DNA from: a virus
Direction: 5' to 3' (one strand)
Length of the DNA: 64,000 bases
IMG/VR virus record: IMGVR_UViG_3300043774_000178
Location: 50,091-114,090 of that record
A program made the position numbers and the translations under genes. Shown here piece by piece: positions 21,099 through 30,235 of this stretch. Each line of letters begins with the position of its first letter. The first letter of the stretch is position 1. Below the pieces are notes generated by a model that was given only the letters and a program-made list of their open reading frames with translations, was not told where the DNA came from and searched no databases.

Positions 21099-22112
21099 TT
21101 AATTTTTAGTTGATAATCTTCTTTCTTGTTGTGGAGGTGTTGGCATTTCCACAATCTTCATCTTTTCAAATTCAGCTCTAAAGAAACTTAGTCTAGTGTC
21201 ACCATTTCTACATTTAAGAAAGTGTAATACTATAACTCTGTCATCTTCAATCATATACCTATCAGGACCATAATACCTAATCTTCTGCTTAGCAGGTCTA
21301 TTGATACCTATAACAGTATCAGCATGCTGTAACAGAGCATCAGCCCCAAACAAATCAGATTCAAGTACATAATTACCATACTTACCTTCTTCACTTCTCT
21401 CTGGGTTATCTATGTTCCTATTGAGCTGACTTAGCACAATAAAAGCCACAGGAAATACCCTCTTGAGTAATGTAAGAGCTTCACCAAGATTGTTAAGCAT
21501 ATCATGCTTATCTTTCTCATATGGAGCTTTCTTAAATAATAAAGAGTGATCTATAGTAATCAGCACCTTTGTAAAAATCATATTCCCGTCCTGATCATAC
21601 TTAGCATTTGCAAACATGTAATCCCTCACAATCTCCTTAAATTCATCTATAGTACAAGGAGTTTCTACTACGTCTATTGGATACTTAATTTTCAGCTTAG
21701 CATAATCATAACATTTTTGTAAATCAGAATCACTTAGTTTTCCATCAGCACTACATAAGTACTTATAAGACCTGCCAATTACACTGGAATACTCACGTAT
21801 TGCAGAAGTTCTAGCTAGCATCTCAAACTGGAATTGCAGAACTCTAAAATTCTCACCTTGGTTGAGTGGGAAAGATTCCCTTACAATCTGTTCTGCAATT
21901 AAGGTTTTACCACTAGCTGGTCTGCCACCAATAACAGTAAGAGTATTCCACTCTATACCATCTGTGGTAGCATCATTAAACTTTGGCCAAGGAGTTCTTA
22001 AACTCTTTATAGAACCACGCATTCTACCCTGTAGATACTTTAAAGATTCTTGAAATCCTTCCTTTTGGCTAGCCCACTTCTTCTTAGACTTAACCTCATT
22101 TGTATTATCCAT
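21099..22112 (-). CDS. dnaB: DnaB-like (SF4) replicative helicase, C-terminal domain only
   Basis: GGRPASGKT, FQFEM, IDHSLL, LSQLNR, SDLFGADALLQHAD, KCRNG. Confidence 0.9.
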   Translation of the reverse strand: MDNTNEVKSKKKWASQKEGFQESLKYLQGRMRGSIKSLRTPWPKFNDATTDGIEWNTLTVIGGRPASGKTLIAEQIVRESFPLNQGENFRVLQFQFEMLARTSAIREYSSVIGRSYKYLCSADGKLSDSDLQKCYDYAKLKIKYPIDVVETPCTIDEFKEIVRDYMFANAKYDQDGNMIFTKVLITIDHSLLFKKAPYEKDKHDMLNNLGEALTLLKRVFPVAFIVLSQLNRNIDNPERSEEGKYGNYVLESDLFGADALLQHADTVIGINRPAKQKIRYYGPDRYMIEDDRVIVLHFLKCRNGDTRLSFFRAEFEKMKIVEMPTPPQQERRLSTKN

Positions 22113-22117
22113 GAAGC

Positions 22118-22294
22118 TTATTTGTTTTGTAACTCTTTCTTTACTCCCTGATATATAAAATGTGTCAGAGTAATCACAATCTCTATGAGTATATACTGCA
22201 TAAAGTTTATAGGGAGTATAAAATTATCTACAATAACACAACCAACTGCAGAGCCAATTATTGCTACTAAGACAAGTTTAAGAGAATCTTTCAT
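22118..22294 (-). CDS. Small membrane protein (58 aa)
   Basis: MKDSLKLVLVAIIGSAVGCVIVDNFILP...; two hydrophobic segments. Confidence 0.55.
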   Translation of the reverse strand: MKDSLKLVLVAIIGSAVGCVIVDNFILPINFMQYILIEIVITLTHFIYQGVKKELQNK

Positions 22295-22890
22295 ACCACT
22301 CTCTCACTAAAATGTTTTTCTTCATAATCATTCCCTCCATTAATATACATATTACAATAATCAGCAAGCTCAGATTCAAATGTTTTCTCAGCTGTATTAG
22401 TTTTACGGATAAAGTACTGAGAAGTTCTCATGTATTTGTACCCTTGCCTCTCGAACGTGTCAACATATAGTTTAGTAGCTGCAATGATAGTACTCCAATT
22501 ATAATTGTGATTATCAAAAAACCATCTAAAAGCATTCTCAAGATTCTTTTTATCAGAGCGTGCATACTTGTTACTTGGAAGCTTTAATTTAGGAAAAATT
22601 TCTGAATATTCTGCTATCATCTTGTCAAAATCTTTACCCAATAATTGTGTAGAAGTCTTCTTTTTACTAGTCTTGAAGAACTTATCCATTTCCTTGAGTA
22701 TGAACAATGACTTACCAGTTAGCTTATCACTCTTTTCATCTATCCAATCACCTACTAACCTTGCATGTTCTACATTAGAAGCTATAAGTTTTGGTACAAT
22801 GTTGTTTTGTTTACAGTGAAGAAAGTACAACTGATTTGGTGTTAGATTATTCTGTATCAGTATCTCATAAATTTCTGTCATAGTTACCAA
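22291..22890 (-). CDS. Putative replication initiator / helicase-loader-like protein
   Basis: Precedes helicase; YSEIFP...YMRTSQYFI resembles phage initiator C-terminus. Confidence 0.45.
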   Translation of the reverse strand: MVTMTEIYEILIQNNLTPNQLYFLHCKQNNIVPKLIASNVEHARLVGDWIDEKSDKLTGKSLFILKEMDKFFKTSKKKTSTQLLGKDFDKMIAEYSEIFPKLKLPSNKYARSDKKNLENAFRWFFDNHNYNWSTIIAATKLYVDTFERQGYKYMRTSQYFIRKTNTAEKTFESELADYCNMYINGGNDYEEKHFSERVV

Positions 22891-23597
22891 ATTAGATCAA
22901 AGTTATACAACTTTTTTACAATATCCTTAGCCTCAACAAATACGTTCTTAGAATCCCAATCATCATAATTGTTATACTTAGCAGAAGCAGGGTGAGTTAC
23001 ATGATACTTGTAGCAGTTATCATTTATTGCATCTGCCCAATCTGAAGCTTTCTTGCCAGCAAATATATAAACAAGACCCGGACAATACCAAGATAACCAA
23101 TCAAGAATGTATGCTATAAATGGTTGCCAAATAAGATAGTGTTGACCTATCTTACCTATAGAAGTTGTAAGAGCAGTATTTAATAATAAAACACCTTGGT
23201 TTGCCCATCTAGTTAAGTCTTTATCATAACAGATATTCTCACCATTGTACACAGTATCATTTATTGCTCTAAATACATATCCTAGACTAGGTTGCATTAT
23301 ATCAGTATCCTTTAGACTAAATGCTATACCATCTGCTTGATTTATTCCTGGATATGGATCTTGACCAAGTATGACTACTTTAAGCTGATCATAAGGACAT
23401 TCTTCAAATGCTCTAAACCAATTCTTTATTTGTGGTGTAAATCTTTTACCATCTCTTGATTGTGCAGCTAAAGCAAGTATTATATTCTCAAAGTCTTTAC
23501 TATATATAAATCCTCTGAAGATTCTTGCCCAACCAGATGGTTCTAGTTTAGCTATCATTTTATCTTTTATCTCTTCTATATTCAGTGTGTTAGACAT
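22884..23597 (-). CDS. ung: Uracil-DNA glycosylase family 1
   Basis: KVVILGQDPYP, ADGIAFS, WANQGVLLLNTALT, HPAS. Confidence 0.95.
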   Translation of the reverse strand: MSNTLNIEEIKDKMIAKLEPSGWARIFRGFIYSKDFENIILALAAQSRDGKRFTPQIKNWFRAFEECPYDQLKVVILGQDPYPGINQADGIAFSLKDTDIMQPSLGYVFRAINDTVYNGENICYDKDLTRWANQGVLLLNTALTTSIGKIGQHYLIWQPFIAYILDWLSWYCPGLVYIFAGKKASDWADAINDNCYKYHVTHPASAKYNNYDDWDSKNVFVEAKDIVKKLYNFDLIW

Positions 23598-23626
23598 AAA
23601 TTTCTATTTTTGTTAAAAAGTTTATT

Positions 23627-23938
23627 ATGGCAATTAAAGTAAAGGAACTTAAGGATGATGCTCTTATTGATGTGAAAGTCAACAAGAACTATTACATGAT
23701 GCTTAAGAATGCATTAGCTTTCATCTTTCAACATATCCCAGGAGGTGATGACAAATCTGAGTCTTTAGATAGAATCATGAATGCTAAAACTGATGAGATG
23801 AATCATGCTGAAGTAAGCTTCTATACCGTTACTTTAATGCTTGCAGAGATTGAGAAGATTGCTAGAGATCAAGAATTGTATGATGAGAAAGAAGTTCTTG
23901 AACCAGGTGATGAAGGTTATGTAGAACCTACAGAATAA
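23627..23938 (+). CDS. Hypothetical protein, lone + strand gene within - arm
   Basis: 103-aa ORF with genome-typical codons; TATTTTTG (TAnnTTTG) upstream. Confidence 0.75.
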   Translation: MAIKVKELKDDALIDVKVNKNYYMMLKNALAFIFQHIPGGDDKSESLDRIMNAKTDEMNHAEVSFYTVTLMLAEIEKIARDQELYDEKEVLEPGDEGYVEPTE

Positions 23939-24299
23939 TATTCATATCTCTTCCTAGATCATTACAAGACTCAATAGCTGAACTTATTTCTTCAGTTGTA
24001 CATTCTCCAAATGACTTAAAAGTCATCTCATCTTCATCATACATAACAAGACCTGATCTCTTTTTTATGATGTTCTTCATCTCAGTAAAAGAATAACCAA
24101 GCTCTGATGCAAGAACCCTAATACATGCATGGACTTTTGATATCTGTGCATTATTAGCTTTCTTCCCTTTGGGAGATATGAATATCTCTACCATATCTCC
24201 CTCTTTTAGTTTCTCCAAAAATAAATTAAAAAGTATTTTATCTTGTTTACTAGAAAAACTCATCTTAGAGTCTTTCTTAACTAATACTGCAGAATACAT
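23928..24299 (-). CDS. NinB/YbcN-like protein
   Basis: NNAQISKVHA..LASELGYSFTEMK..KSFGECTTEEISSAIE pattern. Confidence 0.5.
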   Translation of the reverse strand: MYSAVLVKKDSKMSFSSKQDKILFNLFLEKLKEGDMVEIFISPKGKKANNAQISKVHACIRVLASELGYSFTEMKNIIKKRSGLVMYDEDEMTFKSFGECTTEEISSAIESCNDLGRDMNIIL

Positions 24300-24300
24300 A

Positions 24301-24555
24301 CTAAGAAATTTTTGATGACTTAGAGAATAGAGAAATAAGGCATTGTAAATCTTCTAAAGTATTTATAGTAAGATCTATTTCATAACAGAATACTTTCCAT
24401 TTATTACGCGTACTCTCATCATCAGAACTACTTATAAGAGTTACATGATCATTTAGTTTGAGTAAGTAATAGTAATAATCTGTCTTATCTCCAGACTCTT
24501 CTTTAGGTACATTTACAATTTCAAAACCTTCTTCCTCTAATTCTATCTCTGTCAT
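24301..24555 (-). CDS. Hypothetical protein
   Basis: 84-aa ORF in operon. Confidence 0.6.
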   Translation of the reverse strand: MTEIELEEEGFEIVNVPKEESGDKTDYYYYLLKLNDHVTLISSSDDESTRNKWKVFCYEIDLTINTLEDLQCLISLFSKSSKIS

Positions 24556-24561
24556 AATTCA

Positions 24562-25008
24562 TTAATTTTTCTTGATAAACCTTCTTATTATTTCTACTGG
24601 GTAGTTCATTATTACATTCATGAATTCAGAAGATACATCAGGTTTTTTATGGTCATACTCACCATGAGTTTTAATCCTAGAAGTTCTAAGTTGCTCAATA
24701 GATAGAAGTGCCATATAAATATTATCCTGATCTTCAGAAGAAAACATAGAACCTAATGTATCTCTTTCTTCTTCTGCAATAAGTCCCAAAGATAATAATA
24801 AGTTTATTTCACAAATGAATATGAAATCAGTTACTGAGCCAGTTTTTGAACCACTCATATAACTCCACCATAAATAGTTTGTTTGCTTGTCAGATACAAG
24901 AGTCATTTCAAAATGCTCTTTGATTATCTTCCCTGTAAGTTTATTAACCTTCTTTAAAATCTCTTTATCAGTTATCCTGGATAGCAGGTTGCTGTGAGGT
25001 TTCACCAT
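24562..25008 (-). CDS. Hypothetical protein carrying the MFxSxDxDN motif
   Basis: 148-aa ORF. Confidence 0.6.
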   Translation of the reverse strand: MVKPHSNLLSRITDKEILKKVNKLTGKIIKEHFEMTLVSDKQTNYLWWSYMSGSKTGSVTDFIFICEINLLLSLGLIAEEERDTLGSMFSSEDQDNIYMALLSIEQLRTSRIKTHGEYDHKKPDVSSEFMNVIMNYPVEIIRRFIKKN

Positions 25009-25195
25009 CCCTTACTTTTTTAGGACCAATAACTACAGCATCTTGTACTACTTTGTCAAGTATCTGAGTATGCTGGTTAATAGCAGTAGCCTCAAGATCC
25101 ATTTTAGATACTACACTTAGTATAGCACTTTCTACCTCATTCTCCGGAATTAGTACAATCCTTGTTGTACCATTTAAAATCACATCTACTCTCAT
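24968..25195 (-). CDS. Hypothetical protein
   Basis: 75-aa ORF. Confidence 0.6.
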   Translation of the reverse strand: MRVDVILNGTTRIVLIPENEVESAILSVVSKMDLEATAINQHTQILDKVVQDAVVIGPKKVRDGETSQQPAIQDN

Positions 25196-25254
25196 AGGTT
25201 ATAATTTAGTGATCATCTTTATATAAACACGAGATAACTACTAGAAATAGTATC

Positions 25255-25776
25255 TCACTTAAGCTTGTCAGCAAGCTTTTTAACTGTGACTGAATAATGT
25301 GGACCCGCTGCATAGCTATCTGCAAGATAAGAATAATATTGACTTTCTGTTTTGCACTCTGATAAGTAAGTAGCCTGATACAGAGCATAGTCTACTACTG
25401 ATTCTTTCCAATTTGCATATACTGCATGACCAAACTGAGTACCTAGATTATTACTAATACGCAGTCTTGCTTCTCTCATACCAAAGAGATTATTATTCCT
25501 TTTACAAATCTTAGAAGTAAATGTACCTGACTCTATAATAGCTTGTGCAAGTACAATATGAGGGAACTTAACATTTAACTCCTTCATATACTTCATTACA
25601 TTTTCTTTAGTCAACTCTTCAATCTCAGGTTTAATAACCTTGTCTTTGTATACAGTAACTACTTTTACTTTTTCCAATACTAGTGGTGGTTTTGTTGCAC
25701 TTAATATTGTAAATGCTGCAATCATACCACCTACAATAACTACACTTGTTTTAAAACTAATCAGTTGTTTATTCAT
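25255..25776 (-). CDS. Membrane-anchored glucosaminidase (GH73/FlgJ-like) peptidoglycan hydrolase
   Basis: N-terminal TM helix; VLAQAIIESG, NNNLFGM, YA..P.Y; start moved to MNKQL because the upstream extension runs through the tRNA. Confidence 0.8.
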   Translation of the reverse strand: MNKQLISFKTSVVIVGGMIAAFTILSATKPPLVLEKVKVVTVYKDKVIKPEIEELTKENVMKYMKELNVKFPHIVLAQAIIESGTFTSKICKRNNNLFGMREARLRISNNLGTQFGHAVYANWKESVVDYALYQATYLSECKTESQYYSYLADSYAAGPHYSVTVKKLADKLK

Positions 25777-25801
25777 ATTATTTGATTTGGTTAATAGATA
25801 G

Positions 25802-25873
25802 TAGTTCCACCTGGACTCGAACCAGGAATACAAGCTTAGAAGGCTAGTGTTATATCCCTTTAACTATGGAACT
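25802..25873 (-). tRNA. trnR: tRNA-Arg(UCU)
   Basis: AGTTCCA TA GTTA AAGGGATA TAAC A CTAGC CTTCTAA GCTTG TATT CCTGG TTCGAGT CCAGG TGGAACT A; cloverleaf with one anticodon-stem mismatch; CCA not encoded. Confidence 0.92.
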
Positions 25874-26231
25874 ATTCTGTGATCTTAATAGTGATAGTAT
25901 CATCACCATTTTTTGCCACTATATAAGAAGGTTCTGAAATTATGATTTCTACCTCTTTGTTATTTACAAAAATAGCATAATTTTTATCATTATGCTTTTT
26001 TAGATACTCATGGTACTTAGCTATATAATATTCCTCTTTGTACTTGACTTTATAGTTATATCTACCATGACAAGAGTTGTATCCTCTCTGCATTAATGGT
26101 GCAACTTTCTCACAGGCATCACTTGTATGGTAACCTTCTTTTAATAGATTCCCCACTAGATATGCGAGTCTTGCTGTTTCTTCTTCTGTCCACCTTGTGC
26201 TTTTTTTCTCCATGATTATCATAGTAGTCAA
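25872..26231 (-). CDS. Myb/SANT-like (RsfA-like) HTH protein
   Basis: RWTEEETARL...ACEKVAPLMQRGYNSCHGRY. Confidence 0.6.
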   Translation of the reverse strand: MTTMIIMEKKSTRWTEEETARLAYLVGNLLKEGYHTSDACEKVAPLMQRGYNSCHGRYNYKVKYKEEYYIAKYHEYLKKHNDKNYAIFVNNKEVEIIISEPSYIVAKNGDDTITIKITE

Positions 26232-26394
26232 TTATAAATCCAATAGCAACAATTATATTAAGACCGAATGAGGTAATAATCTCATATACATCCTCATAGA
26301 TGTTTGTAGTAAGGTGTACATGTCCTACAACCCAAAATGGTATGGATAAGTTTTGACTTACCCATACCACCATGTATTTTAAGAACTTAATCAT
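26119..26394 (-). CDS. Small membrane protein
   Basis: WVSQNLSIPFWVVGHVHL and a second hydrophobic helix. Confidence 0.55.
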   Translation of the reverse strand: MIKFLKYMVVWVSQNLSIPFWVVGHVHLTTNIYEDVYEIITSFGLNIIVAIGFIIDYYDNHGEKKHKVDRRRNSKTRISSGESIKRRLPYK

Positions 26395-26747
26395 TTCTGT
26401 AAAGACATCAAACTATCTATTTGAGCAATTCCTTTATCAACAGCAACAGCAATTTTATCAGCTTCAACATTCAAGCTATCATACATAGAAGATAATCTTG
26501 CTACTTCAGCTACTGCATTTTTGTAATCTTTGCTATTCTTTGATGCACCTGCTCCTTCAAGTCTGAATACAAAAGTTTCTGCCTCAGCTTTTTGATCAAT
26601 TATGTAATGAATCTTCTGTGTAATCTCTTCCATTTTAATACCTAGAGATTCAACTTCTTTACTCTTTAGATCAATTTGTTCTTGAATTGGATCTACACAA
26701 GCTGTTAATAATAAGACAGTTGCAATAAAATAAAATAAATTTTTCAT
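26391..26747 (-). CDS. Lipoprotein with coiled coil
   Basis: Signal peptide with lipobox LLTAC. Confidence 0.7.
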   Translation of the reverse strand: MKNLFYFIATVLLLTACVDPIQEQIDLKSKEVESLGIKMEEITQKIHYIIDQKAEAETFVFRLEGAGASKNSKDYKNAVAEVARLSSMYDSLNVEADKIAVAVDKGIAQIDSLMSLQK

Positions 26748-26795
26748 AATGTTTGGTTTTAATCTCCTTCTTCAGGATTTATTGGTTTAACAAAA

Positions 26796-26993
26796 TCAGG
26801 ATAGATGTGATTCATTCTGTTCCTCTGAAGCAAGAATCCCATTACTGTCCATTTCCTTCCTATCTGAGCATATCTCTTCTCCCTCAGATAGTGTAATTTC
26901 TTTATCTTTATACCATCTCTCATAACTAAAGTTTTCTGGTACCTCACCATATTCATTCATCAGATCTATGTAGATCTCCTTCATTCTGCCCAT
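26796..26993 (-). CDS. Hypothetical protein
   Basis: MGRMKEIYIDLM start, overlapping upstream gene. Confidence 0.5.
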   Translation of the reverse strand: MGRMKEIYIDLMNEYGEVPENFSYERWYKDKEITLSEGEEICSDRKEMDSNGILASEEQNESHLS

Positions 26994-27300
26994 TACTTAA
27001 GCTCTTTAAAATTAATAATTCTTCACCACTTAAATCTTCAGGTTTGTAATCAGGTATCTCAGGTGGATAATCACCTTCATAATAAGGCTCTTTCTTATGC
27101 CCAAAATATATTGGTCTCATATCCTGCTTACCTGAGTACATTACATACAAAACTTTAGCAACTTCTTCAGGAAATGGATATAGCTCAATAAATTCATCGT
27201 AGCTAACACCAGTCTTTATATACCTTCTTATTGGGAGTAAAGGTTTTTTATTGCGTGTAAGATATGATAGAGCATAAAGAATTTGCTCATGACTATACAT
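26953..27300 (-). CDS. Hypothetical protein
   Basis: 115-aa ORF. Confidence 0.6.
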   Translation of the reverse strand: MYSHEQILYALSYLTRNKKPLLPIRRYIKTGVSYDEFIELYPFPEEVAKVLYVMYSGKQDMRPIYFGHKKEPYYEGDYPPEIPDYKPEDLSGEELLILKSLSNGQNEGDLHRSDE

Positions 27301-27319
27301 AAACTTAAAATGTTTAATG

Positions 27320-27571
27320 TTAGAATTCTAAACTTAGATTCTCTAATTCTACAAGAAGACCCTTATCTGATAGTTCATTTTGAAGCTCAAACATATCAAT
27401 ATAGTTGCCTGTCTTTATTTCACACTTACCTACATTATGGGTTATAATAGCACACTGTTCAGCTTGCTCTTTTGAGTGATCACAGTGAATGATCAAGCAT
27501 CTAATTACATGTTGATATGTATTATCAGAGTCATTGATCAAAATAAGTGAATGTGTCTTTTCCAAAACCAT
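27320..27571 (-). CDS. clpS: ClpS-like N-degron adaptor
   Basis: LILINDSDNTYQHVIRCL..HSKEQAEQCAIITHNVGKCEIKTG. Confidence 0.85.
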   Translation of the reverse strand: MVLEKTHSLILINDSDNTYQHVIRCLIIHCDHSKEQAEQCAIITHNVGKCEIKTGNYIDMFELQNELSDKGLLVELENLSLEF

Positions 27572-27607
27572 CTTGTTTAATTTAAATTACAAAAAAAATT
27601 ACATACT

Positions 27608-28702
27608 CTAAAGTTTAATGTTAAAGTTCTTCCAAGTGATTTTCTTCTCATCATATCCCTCCAAAGCACTTTTCACCCATGTTTCATCCATAGTATTCAT
27701 GTAACATAGTATGTGAATAGTAGCAGTTTCATCTGGGTTCAACCTAAGTAATCTACCTATCCTCTGAGCAGACTTTCTCTCATTGCCATAAGCATGGAGT
27801 ATTATACCTTGCCTTAATTCTGGTATATTTATACCCTCACTAAGTTGTAATACACATGATAATTTGTTTATCTCACCTTTCTTAAATCTAATTAAATTAT
27901 CATGAGATTCTGGATTTGTACTATGATAGCTATCCTTGCAAATTTTATCTGCCTGCTCTTGTGTATTAGCGAATATGATGCACTTAGACTTGATACTTTC
28001 AGCAAGGAGCTTTGCATATCTTTCCTTAGATGGATATTCCATCATGGCTTTCATACGCATTACTCTTGCTATCTGTACTGACTTCTTAGTACTTGCATTA
28101 TCAACTCTACTACACCAGTAGTTATAGCTTGCTTGTTCTGTAGTATAGAATGTACCTGACTTTGCACTTACATTTTTATTTTTACTATCTAACCTAAGCT
28201 CATGTACTATAATCTTGTAATCATTAAGAATGTTATCATCAATTGCATCATCAGTCAGATAAGTATATACTACCGGACAATACTCATTAATCATTTGTCC
28301 TTTCTCAGAACTACCATACTTTGGTGGAGTACCTGTTAGACCAAGTATCCTACCTTGAAATGCATCTAAGAATTTTCTATGACTATCAAGTAATGAATGT
28401 ACCTCATCTAGAATAAGAATATCATACTCTCCTGGATGATGCTTAGTTAGACTTAAATAAGTACTAAAGGTAGCATTATCTAACACTCTGGTTTTGTTGA
28501 ACTTAGATGCTTGTACTCTCCATTCTGTCATGACTGTAGTCTTTGGAGTTACAATCAGTACATTCTTAAGAGGAGTAACATGTTGTTCAAGATACATTAG
28601 ACCAACCAGGGTTTTTCCAACCCCAGTTGCTAAGCCTAATGTACAACCTAGTTTACCTTCAGTAGCTTTTAAAGCTTCCTTCTGGATATCATCACGATTC
28701 AT
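27608..28702 (-). CDS. SF2 DExH helicase
   Basis: ATGVGKT, LDEVH, GLTGTP, SEGINIP, QRIGRLLR. Confidence 0.9.
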   Translation of the reverse strand: MNRDDIQKEALKATEGKLGCTLGLATGVGKTLVGLMYLEQHVTPLKNVLIVTPKTTVMTEWRVQASKFNKTRVLDNATFSTYLSLTKHHPGEYDILILDEVHSLLDSHRKFLDAFQGRILGLTGTPPKYGSSEKGQMINEYCPVVYTYLTDDAIDDNILNDYKIIVHELRLDSKNKNVSAKSGTFYTTEQASYNYWCSRVDNASTKKSVQIARVMRMKAMMEYPSKERYAKLLAESIKSKCIIFANTQEQADKICKDSYHSTNPESHDNLIRFKKGEINKLSCVLQLSEGINIPELRQGIILHAYGNERKSAQRIGRLLRLNPDETATIHILCYMNTMDETWVKSALEGYDEKKITWKNFNIKL

Positions 28703-29034
28703 ATTTCTTGGTATTCGGTTACAAGTTTAAGTATTTTATAATCATTAGCTTTTAATAGGTTTATAGCAGCTTGTATTTTCAGATCTGTTGATTCTTCTTT
28801 TACAGGTTGCTCAGGTATTACTTCACGGTTTAATACTTTGTATTTATCATTTCCTATGTATCTGTAGTATATATTAATACAAGCTGCAACACTCCTACCC
28901 ATTTGCTGAGCTACACTTTCTATGTTTACATTTTTATGTGAGTAATTGTCAGGGTTTACACCATTTAAAGAAATCAACTTGGCTATTTCTTTATTACTCC
29001 ATCTACCATAACGGTTTTTAGCTTCTGCTGTCAT
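28699..29034 (-). CDS. Myb/SANT-like HTH protein
   Basis: RWSNKEIAKL...VAQQMGRSVAACINIY. Confidence 0.55.
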   Translation of the reverse strand: MTAEAKNRYGRWSNKEIAKLISLNGVNPDNYSHKNVNIESVAQQMGRSVAACINIYYRYIGNDKYKVLNREVIPEQPVKEESTDLKIQAAINLLKANDYKILKLVTEYQEI

Positions 29035-29051
29035 AAGATTAAATTTTAAGG

Positions 29052-29459
29052 TTATTTTAAGTATCCTAACTCACGTGCCTCTTTTGGATGAGAGTGACAC
29101 CACTCATGGCATTCTCTACATGCAGCAAGCCAAGTAGCTTGTGCTAATGTATTTATGCCTCTGTAAGCAGTATGATGAATATCACACGCATTACCTTTAC
29201 AAACTCCTGGTAGATTTATCTCACACATAGGATGTTTTGTGAGATATTCTTTCCTCATTAAACTATAAGCTTTGTCAAGAGCTTTTTGTTTCTCTGATTT
29301 CTGAGCTATTCTGGAAGATGAAGGAGCAGACTTTGGTTTCTGTGACTTATTTTCTTTGCTTTTGTGGCAACTCCAGCAGTGTTTACAGTATCTGCTACCT
29401 TCATGATTCTTCCAGATAGGACCTTCCTTCTCACAAATACTACATATTTTAAACTTCAT
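29052..29459 (-). CDS. Zn-finger / HNH-like nuclease
   Basis: CxxC pairs, CE...C...DIHH...CRECHEWCH. Confidence 0.7.
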   Translation of the reverse strand: MKFKICSICEKEGPIWKNHEGSRYCKHCWSCHKSKENKSQKPKSAPSSSRIAQKSEKQKALDKAYSLMRKEYLTKHPMCEINLPGVCKGNACDIHHTAYRGINTLAQATWLAACRECHEWCHSHPKEARELGYLK

Positions 29460-29827
29460 TCAACATAACTTACTTCATAAACATAGATTATATAATCATA
29501 CATTACAGAAATGGTCCCAGGCTCAACATAATTTATAATTATATTACATGAAGTATTGGTTTCATCTAAAGCATCCCACATAGCAAGTTCTTCTGTGTCT
29601 ACAATCTTATCAAAAACCTTATAAGTACTTTCTGCAACATCATCTGCTAAAAGTGTATTATTCTGCAGAATAAAGTTTATTACAGTATACTTGGGTTTTT
29701 CCCATTCCCAATCCTCTCTAGAATCACTCCAGTGACCAACAGTAACCTGATCTGTATGAATAATGGATCTTTGTCCCTGTACTACTAGAGATAGAAACAG
29801 ACAGAGTATTAATAGTAATCTTTTCAT
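29456..29827 (-). CDS. Secreted hypothetical protein
   Basis: Sec signal peptide MKRLLLILCLFLSLVVQG. Confidence 0.65.
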   Translation of the reverse strand: MKRLLLILCLFLSLVVQGQRSIIHTDQVTVGHWSDSREDWEWEKPKYTVINFILQNNTLLADDVAESTYKVFDKIVDTEELAMWDALDETNTSCNIIINYVEPGTISVMYDYIIYVYEVSYVE

Positions 29828-30009
29828 AGTGTATTTCTTTGTGATTTTAACTTTTGGATATACAATATTGCATCCATTAATTCTTCTTGTAAGTGATTTA
29901 AGTAATCATCAGTATTATTCTCTTCAAGAGTAGTACCATACTTAGTTATTCCTCTCTCTGATCTTTCTTTAAATTTTTCTATTACATCTGCTACAATTTT
30001 GTCTTTCAT
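29824..30009 (-). CDS. Small conserved phage protein (all-alpha NTP-PPase-like)
   Basis: RSERGITKYGTTL...HLQEELMDAILY. Confidence 0.6.
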   Translation of the reverse strand: MKDKIVADVIEKFKERSERGITKYGTTLEENNTDDYLNHLQEELMDAILYIQKLKSQRNTL

Positions 30010-30010
30010 A

Positions 30011-30235
30011 TTATTCCATTACTAAGTGATACCCAGATAATATCTCACGGATGTTATCTCTTAATGTCTCAAATGCTCTACTAACATCTTCCGGTAACTG
30101 GTCATCATACTTAATTCTATTTCTAAGCATTTGATCAATATCCTGTACAGCTAGCTTCCATTTATAACCATCTAATGCATCTCTAGCATCTTGTGCTTCT
30201 TCTACAGAATCAAACTTTATTATTATCTTTCCCAT
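30011..30235 (-). CDS. Hypothetical protein
   Basis: ALDGYKWKLAVQDIDQMLR. Confidence 0.6.
   Translation of the reverse strand: MGKIIIKFDSVEEAQDARDALDGYKWKLAVQDIDQMLRNRIKYDDQLPEDVSRAFETLRDNIREILSGYHLVME

Noticed and set aside
25802-25873. Amber suppressor tRNA (CTA) and stop-codon recoding as in some crAss clades
   Set aside because: Stem geometry gives loop CT-TCT-AA (Arg); long genes are intact in code 11, and TerL and portal end in TAG
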